A stretch of 22,047 bases of DNA from contig CAZZXB010000040.1 in assembly GCA_964658025.1 (NCBI GenBank), forward strand, positions 1-22,047, given 5' to 3'. This stretch comes from an uncultured Janthinobacterium sp. (GTDB lineage Bacteria; Vulcanimicrobiota; Vulcanimicrobiia; Vulcanimicrobiales; Vulcanimicrobiaceae). Below the pieces are notes generated by a model. It saw only the letters and a list, made by a program, of their open reading frames with translations, searched no databases and was not told where the DNA came from. Made by a program: the position numbers and the translations under genes. Every line of letters starts with the position of its first letter. Position 1 is the first letter of the stretch. Below, in pieces: positions 16,627 through 22,047 of the stretch.

Positions 16627-19600
16627 ACCTCACCTCGCTCTTCGTGCGGCGCCCCACGCTCGCGTTCGCGCTCCTCGCGGCGATCGCGCTCGCGGGCTAT
16701 CTCGCCGCGACGACGCTCGTGCGGCAACTCAATCCGAACGTCCCCAACCCCTCCGTCACGATCTCCGTGACGTACGGCGGCGCCTCGACGACCGTGATGC
16801 GCGACAGCATCGTGGCACCGATCGAGGATCAGATCGCCGGAACGAGTAATCTCGCGACCGTCGCGTCGACGATCGAATCGGGTGCGGCGTCGATCTCCGC
16901 GAGCTACGCGACCTCGAGCGATCCCAATACCGATCTCGTGAACGTGCAGAAGGCCGTGCAGGCGGCGTCGCAATATCTGCCGCGCGATCTCACGGCGCCC
17001 GTCGTGTCGATCTCCGATCCGAGCGAACAGACGGTCTCGACGTTCTCGCTCACGTCCACGACGCTCGCGCCCGCGCGTCTCTCGGCGATCGCGCAGAGCC
17101 AGGTCGTGCCGGCCTTTCAGGCGCTTGCGAACGTGTCGAACGTCTACGTTAACGGGGCCGTGATTCCGGCGTTCGAGGTGAGCGTCGATCCGCGAAAACT
17201 CGCGGCCTACGGTCTCACGCTCGGCGACGTCGTCTCGACGATCGGCGCGAGCAACGTGCGCGCGCCCGGCGGTACGGCGTACGAAGCGAACCGCCAGACG
17301 CAGATCGACGTGCGCGGCGACATCACGACGCCCGCGAACGTCCTGCAGTTGCCGCTACGCGCGCCGCAGGCGCTGCCGAGCTCCGCGCTCGACGCGTGGA
17401 CGGCGGCGGCGGGGACCGTGCGCATCGGCGACGTCGCGCGCGTGACCGCGGCCGCCGAGCCGCGCACGAGCTTCGCGTCGCTGAACGGGATCGGCGGCGT
17501 CGCGATCAACGTGCAGAAGACGTCGTCGTCGTCGGAGATCGACGCCGCGAACGGCGTGAACGCCGCGCTCCCCGCGATCGCGAAACGCTTTCCCGACATC
17601 ACGTTCGGGCTCATCGAGAACACGGCGCTCGTGACGCAGGCGAATCTCGACAGCGTCTTCCGCACGCTCCTCGAAGGCATCGCGTTCACGGGCGTCGTGA
17701 TGCTGTTCTTCCTCGGATCGTGGCGTAACGCCGCGGTCGTGCTCGTGTCGATCCCGGCATCGCTTGCGGTCACGCTCTTCGTGATGAAGCTCGCCCATCT
17801 CACGATCGATACCGTCTCGCTGCTCGGCATGACGCTCGTTATCGGCATCCTCGTCGACGACTCGACAGTCGTGCTCGAGAACGTCGAGCGACATTTCGCG
17901 CGCGGCGCGAGCGCGCGCGACGCCGCGATCGCGGGTCGTTCGGAGATCGGGATCGCGGCGATCGTCATCACGCTCGTCGACGTCGTCGTCTTCTTACCGA
18001 TCGCGTTCATCGCGGGTCAGGTCGGTCGCAATCTCCTCGAGTTCGGCGTCGTGATCGTCATCGCGACGCTCACCTCGCTCGCCGTCTCGTTCACGATCAC
18101 TCCGGCGCTCGCCGGGAACTGGTCGCTTCACGCGCGGCCGCTCGCGTGGGCGCCGATCGTCGCCTTCGAGCGCGGTTTCGACGCCGTGCGACGCGGCTTC
18201 GTGCGCCGCGCGTTGCCGTGGGCGCTCCGTCACGGGGGGGTCGTCGTCGCGGCCTCGCTCGTCGCGACGGTCGCGGCCGTCTCGCTCGTTCCGCTCGGGA
18301 TCGTCGGGGAAGAATACATCCCGCCCGTCGATCGGGGCGAGGTCTTCGTGCAGGTGGTGTATCCCGTCGGCACGCCGCTCGCGACGACGACCGCGGGCGT
18401 CCTCGCCCTCGAAGATAAACTCCTGAAGCTTCGCGACGTGCGCGTCGACCTCACGACGGCGGGGACGTTTTCGGCGCCCTTCGGCGGCCAGGTCACGCAG
18501 TCGAACGTGGGCCAAGTGCACGTGTGGCTGCGACCCGATCGCGCGACGCCGACCGTTGCGTGGGTCGGAACGATCGGCCGCATCGCGCGCGAGACGCTCC
18601 CGGGAGCGCTCGCGATCGTCGTGCCCGAGACGGGTCACGGCACGGGTCAGCCGATCGACGAGATCGTCTCCGATCGCGGCGGCGGCGATCCGACGGCGGC
18701 CGCGCGCGCGGTCTACGCGCTCATGCAACGGACGCCGGGTGCGGCGAACGTCATCACGTCGGCGGCGGCGCTCGCGCCGCAGATGTCGATGGTCTTCGAC
18801 CGCGCGAAGGCGCGCGCGCTCGACGTCTCGATCGCGACGGCGGCGACCGCCGCGCGCGCCGCGTTCGGCGGCGCGCTCGCCACGCAGTTCGAAACGCGCG
18901 ACGGGATCGAACAGGTGCAAGTCATCTATCCGCTCGCCGATCGTCGGGCGCTCGCGGAACTCGCGTCGGTCCAAGTGCGGAGCGGCGACGGAGCGCTCGT
19001 CCACCTCGGCGATTTCACGACGTTGACGTACGCGCCCGCGCCGCCGCTCATCACCCGCGTCGATCGCGCGAGCATCGTCCACGTAAGCGCGAACGTGGCG
19101 CCCGGAGCCTCGCTCTCGGGCGTGCAGGCGGCCTTCGATCGCGGTCTCGCGGGGTTGCATCTCCCGAACACGATCGCGGTCCGTCCGGTCCCGCTCGGCC
19201 AACAGGATCTCATGCGTCAGACGCTCGCCGGGCTCGGCGGATCGCTCGTCGTCTCGATCGCGCTCGTCTTCGTGCTCATGGTCGCGCTCTACGACAGTTA
19301 CCGCTCGCCGCTCGTCGTCATGTTCTCGGTCCCCGTGGCGGCGGTCGGCGCGCTCGGCGCGCTCGCGCTCGCGCGCGAAACGCTCAACCTGTACTCGCTG
19401 ATCGGCACGATCTTACTCGTCGGACTCGCCGCGAAGAACGGCATCCTGCTCGTCGATTACGCGAACACGCTGCGCGCGCGCGGTCGTGGAAAGCTGCGCG
19501 CGATCGTCGAGAGCGTCGAGACGCGCTTCCGGCCGATCGCGATGACGAGCCTCTCGGTCGTCGTCGGCAACGTGCCGCTCGCGCTCGCGCTCGAGCCCGG

Positions 19601-19775
19601 TTCGCAGGTGCGCGCGAGCTTGGGAACGGTCGTGATCGGCGGGATCGTGAGCTCGCTCGCGCTCACGCTCGTCGTCGTGCCGATCGCCTACCTCGCGCTC
19701 GCGCCGGCCGCCCGCGCGGCGACGTCGGGGGAACGCGCGCGAGCCTCCGAGACCTCGCGACCAGCGCGTGCGTAG
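16623..19775 (+). CDS. RND efflux transporter permease (AcrB/MdtB/MdtC-like)
   Basis: 1050 aa. Proton-relay motifs are intact: TM4 GILVDDSTVVLEN, TM10 GLAAKNGILLVD and TM11 RFRPIAMT. GTGA overlap with the adaptor gene. Confidence 0.96.
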   Translation: MNLTSLFVRRPTLAFALLAAIALAGYLAATTLVRQLNPNVPNPSVTISVTYGGASTTVMRDSIVAPIEDQIAGTSNLATVASTIESGAASISASYATSSDPNTDLVNVQKAVQAASQYLPRDLTAPVVSISDPSEQTVSTFSLTSTTLAPARLSAIAQSQVVPAFQALANVSNVYVNGAVIPAFEVSVDPRKLAAYGLTLGDVVSTIGASNVRAPGGTAYEANRQTQIDVRGDITTPANVLQLPLRAPQALPSSALDAWTAAAGTVRIGDVARVTAAAEPRTSFASLNGIGGVAINVQKTSSSSEIDAANGVNAALPAIAKRFPDITFGLIENTALVTQANLDSVFRTLLEGIAFTGVVMLFFLGSWRNAAVVLVSIPASLAVTLFVMKLAHLTIDTVSLLGMTLVIGILVDDSTVVLENVERHFARGASARDAAIAGRSEIGIAAIVITLVDVVVFLPIAFIAGQVGRNLLEFGVVIVIATLTSLAVSFTITPALAGNWSLHARPLAWAPIVAFERGFDAVRRGFVRRALPWALRHGGVVVAASLVATVAAVSLVPLGIVGEEYIPPVDRGEVFVQVVYPVGTPLATTTAGVLALEDKLLKLRDVRVDLTTAGTFSAPFGGQVTQSNVGQVHVWLRPDRATPTVAWVGTIGRIARETLPGALAIVVPETGHGTGQPIDEIVSDRGGGDPTAAARAVYALMQRTPGAANVITSAAALAPQMSMVFDRAKARALDVSIATAATAARAAFGGALATQFETRDGIEQVQVIYPLADRRALAELASVQVRSGDGALVHLGDFTTLTYAPAPPLITRVDRASIVHVSANVAPGASLSGVQAAFDRGLAGLHLPNTIAVRPVPLGQQDLMRQTLAGLGGSLVVSIALVFVLMVALYDSYRSPLVVMFSVPVAAVGALGALALARETLNLYSLIGTILLVGLAAKNGILLVDYANTLRARGRGKLRAIVESVETRFRPIAMTSLSVVVGNVPLALALEPGSQVRASLGTVVIGGIVSSLALTLVVVPIAYLALAPAARAATSGERARASETSRPARA

Positions 19776-19802
19776 GGCACGCCTCCGCCGCGGGGCGAAG
19801 GC

Positions 19803-20501
19803 GTGACCGTGGACGATTTTCCGAGCGCGCGCGTCCTCGTGGTCGACGACGAAGACGCGATCCGTCACCTCCTCACGGTCGGACTCGGTCAGGCGGGATT
19901 CGTCGTGAGAACCGCGTGCGACGGCGCGGAGGCGATGCGCGCGGTCGCGGAGTGGGCGCCCGCCGCGATCGTGCTCGACGTGATGCTCCCGCAGATCGAC
20001 GGGCTCGCGCTCTTACCGCACCTGCGACGGATCACGGATGCGCCCGTGGTGATCTTGAGCGCGAAGGACGAGCCCGCCGACAAGGTCGACGGGCTCGTGC
20101 GCGGCGCGGACGATTACGTGGCGAAGCCCTTCGACATGCGCGAACTCGTCGCGCGCATCCACGCCGTGTTGCGTCGGCCGCGGTCGGAGCATCGCGAACT
20201 CCTCGTCTGCGCCGACCTGCGCATGGACGTCGCGGGGCGACTCGCGACGCGCGCCGGGAACGCGCTCGAACTCTCGCCGCGCGAATTCGATCTGCTCGAA
20301 CTCTTCCTGCGCAACGTGGGGAGCGCGCTCGACCGCTCGTCGATCCTCGATCGCGTGTGGAGTATCGAGGCGGACGTTTCGAGTTCGATCGTCGACACCT
20401 ACGTCTCGTACCTGCGCGCGAAGATCGACGCACCCTTCGAACGCAAACTCTTGCACACGGTTCGCGGGATCGGCTACGCGCTGCGCGACGAGCGGGCGTG
20501 A
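19803..20501 (+). CDS. OmpR/PhoB-family response regulator (MprA-like)
   Basis: Receiver domain VVDDE, LDVMLP, LSAK and KPF; winged-helix domain LSPREFDLL...YVSYLRAKID...HTVRGIGY. Confidence 0.96.
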   Translation: MTVDDFPSARVLVVDDEDAIRHLLTVGLGQAGFVVRTACDGAEAMRAVAEWAPAAIVLDVMLPQIDGLALLPHLRRITDAPVVILSAKDEPADKVDGLVRGADDYVAKPFDMRELVARIHAVLRRPRSEHRELLVCADLRMDVAGRLATRAGNALELSPREFDLLELFLRNVGSALDRSSILDRVWSIEADVSSSIVDTYVSYLRAKIDAPFERKLLHTVRGIGYALRDERA

Positions 20502-21895
20502 ACGGTTCGTTCGTCCGCGGTCTCACGGCGCGGTCGGTCCTCACGACGTCGCTCTCGCTCGCGGTGCTCGCCGCGCTCGTCGCGATCGGCGCGATCGTCG
20601 CGTGCGTCGCCGCGCAGAACGCGCGGGCCGAACTCGTCTCCGATCGCGCGGCCTCCGTGCTCGCCGCCGCGGGCGTGCGCTCGGGCGACGCCGAGGGCGC
20701 GATGCGCGCGCTCGCGCCCGCCTTGCACGATCCGACGATCCACGTGTGGGCGGCGAACGCGACCGAACGCGTCGTCGCCGAAGACGTCCGCGGCGACATC
20801 GTCCTGCGACGTCTGCCGCGCGTCGAGACGGAATACGACTCGGAGCCGCTCGGCGCGCGCCTGGCGAAAGCCGTCGCGACGGCCGTCGGGATGCGGACGT
20901 ATCGCGTGCGCGCGAGCGATCTCTACGTCTATGCGGGTTCGGACGAGGCGCGCTTCGAGCACGCGCTCGCGCTCGGCGCCGCCGTGTTTTTCGCGATCCT
21001 GCTCGCGATCGTCGCGATCAGTTATCTCTCGAGCCGTCGTCTGACGGCCGAGGCGCTGCGTCCGTTGCACGACGTGACGGCCGCGCTCGAACGCTTCGCG
21101 TCGGGCGACCTCCGTCCCCAACCCGTCGATCCCGCCGGAAACGACGATCTCGCGCGCCTCGGTCGTGCCAGTAACGCCGCGATGGCGAGCGTCGCCGCGG
21201 CGTTCGACGCGCGCGATCGTGCGGAAGCGCGGACGCGCCGTCTCTTCGTCGACGCGACGCATCAACTCCGCACGCCGCTCACGGTGGTCCAGGGCTTCGT
21301 CGCGATGCTCGAAGGCGGCACGTTACCGTCGCCGGGAGAACGTGCCGACGCGTTACGGCTCGTCGCCGATCAGACGCGGACGATGTCGCGTTTGATCGAA
21401 AAACTCTCGCGCCTCGAGCGCTTGGAGTCTCCCGCGCTCGCCGAGCGTCGCGTCGTCCGGCTCGACGAGCTCGTGCGCGACGCCGTCCTCCCGTTCGCCG
21501 CGACGCATCCCGATCGTGCGATCGCGCTCGCGTGCGAGTCGCGGGCGCACGTCTCGTGTTCGCCGGACGAACTCGAGGAAGCGATCGCGAACGTGCTCGA
21601 CAACGCGCTCAAATATGGGGGCGTCGCGCCGATCGCCGTGCGCGTCGTCGATCGCGGCGCCGCCGTCGCGGTCGAGATCGCCGACGGCGGTCCCGGACTC
21701 GGCGACGCCGATCCGGCCCGCGCGTTCGAGCGTTTCTATCGCGGCGAGCGACGCGACGTCGCGGGTTCGGGTCTCGGTCTCGCGATCGCGCGTCGCGCCG
21801 TCGATCGCGCCGGGGGGCGCATCGCGCTCGAGAGTTCGTCGCGAGGAACGACCGTCACGATCGAAGTGCCGCGGATCGTCGGCTCGCCGGATTAA
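20498..21895 (+). CDS. HAMP-domain sensor histidine kinase (465 aa)
   Basis: GTG 20498 overlaps the regulator's TGA. Two TMs, a HAMP domain (RPL...NDDLARL), H-box DATHQLRTPL, N-box NVLDNALKY, DGGPG, FERFYR and GSGLGLAI. Confidence 0.94.
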   Translation: MNGSFVRGLTARSVLTTSLSLAVLAALVAIGAIVACVAAQNARAELVSDRAASVLAAAGVRSGDAEGAMRALAPALHDPTIHVWAANATERVVAEDVRGDIVLRRLPRVETEYDSEPLGARLAKAVATAVGMRTYRVRASDLYVYAGSDEARFEHALALGAAVFFAILLAIVAISYLSSRRLTAEALRPLHDVTAALERFASGDLRPQPVDPAGNDDLARLGRASNAAMASVAAAFDARDRAEARTRRLFVDATHQLRTPLTVVQGFVAMLEGGTLPSPGERADALRLVADQTRTMSRLIEKLSRLERLESPALAERRVVRLDELVRDAVLPFAATHPDRAIALACESRAHVSCSPDELEEAIANVLDNALKYGGVAPIAVRVVDRGAAVAVEIADGGPGLGDADPARAFERFYRGERRDVAGSGLGLAIARRAVDRAGGRIALESSSRGTTVTIEVPRIVGSPD

Positions 21896-21907
21896 AGGCG
21901 CGAAGCG

Positions 21908-21944
21908 AACGGGCCGCCGTCGGTGCGACGACGGCGGGTCCGTT
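21908..21944. terminator. Strong hairpin between convergent kinase and S53 genes; probable bidirectional terminator
   Basis: AACGGG-CCGCCGTCG-(GTGCGA)-CGACGGCGG-G-TCCGTT: a 9-bp perfect core, extendable to about 15 bp with one bulge. Only short U runs. Confidence 0.55.
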
Positions 21945-21961
21945 GCGAGGCGGCTCGAGCG

Positions 21962-22047
21962 TCAGTAGCTCGAGGGAATATCCGAAAGCTGTTTCGCGAT
22001 GTCGAAGGTTCCGAGACCGGTCGTCGTGTCGTATCCGGGGAGCGCGG
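21962..22047 (-). CDS. C-terminal end of an S53 (sedolisin/kumamolisin) family peptidase, running off the window
   Basis: The reverse strand reads ...ALPGYDTTTGLGTFDIAKQLSDIPSSY*. GYDxxTGLGT is the Ca-binding C-terminal motif of S53 peptidases. Not in the ORF track. Confidence 0.8.
   Translation of the reverse strand, partial: ALPGYDTTTGLGTFDIAKQLSDIPSSY

Noticed and set aside
18524..20497. 1123-aa ORF suggesting a giant kinase fusion
   Set aside because: The N-terminal ~658 aa are Arg/Ala-rich off-frame translation over the RND and regulator genes. The kinase starts at GTG 20498.
1..22047. CRISPR arrays, tRNA/rRNA, IS elements, prophage or integrase genes
   Set aside because: I saw no regularly spaced repeats, cloverleafs, transposase/integrase motifs or compositional breaks. 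Short (CG)n and GTC runs reflect codon bias.

Overview
A very GC-rich, CpG-rich, gene-dense bacterial chromosomal window. The codon style and the 'HPWTxPGVLR' family-5 solute-binding protein suggest Candidatus Eremiobacterota/Vulcanimicrobiota, which is inference only. Genes in order: 5'-truncated GGDEF-EAL protein (+); S10 serine carboxypeptidase and a coupled Cys-rich lipoprotein (-); secreted GH76-like (alpha/alpha)6 protein with a C-terminal beta-sandwich (+); Rv2917-like SF2 helicase (+); TGS-less threonyl-tRNA synthetase thrS (-); an unknown membrane protein coupled to a VKOR homolog (+); a bitopic protein with three macroglobulin/Ig-like repeats (+); HSDL2-like SDR plus enoyl-CoA hydratase (-); an orphan family-5 ABC solute-binding lipoprotein (+); an RND adaptor, RND permease, OmpR-type regulator and histidine kinase operon (+); and the 3' end of an S53 peptidase (-). 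I saw no rRNA, tRNA, CRISPR array or mobile element. The most unusual items are a VKOR that keeps CxxC but lacks the loop cysteine pair, an SBP whose lipoprotein signal peptide has no canonical in-frame start codon, a probable leaderless and regulator-activated RND promoter, and the triple MG-like membrane protein. No clearly new multi-gene system can be established from sequence alone.
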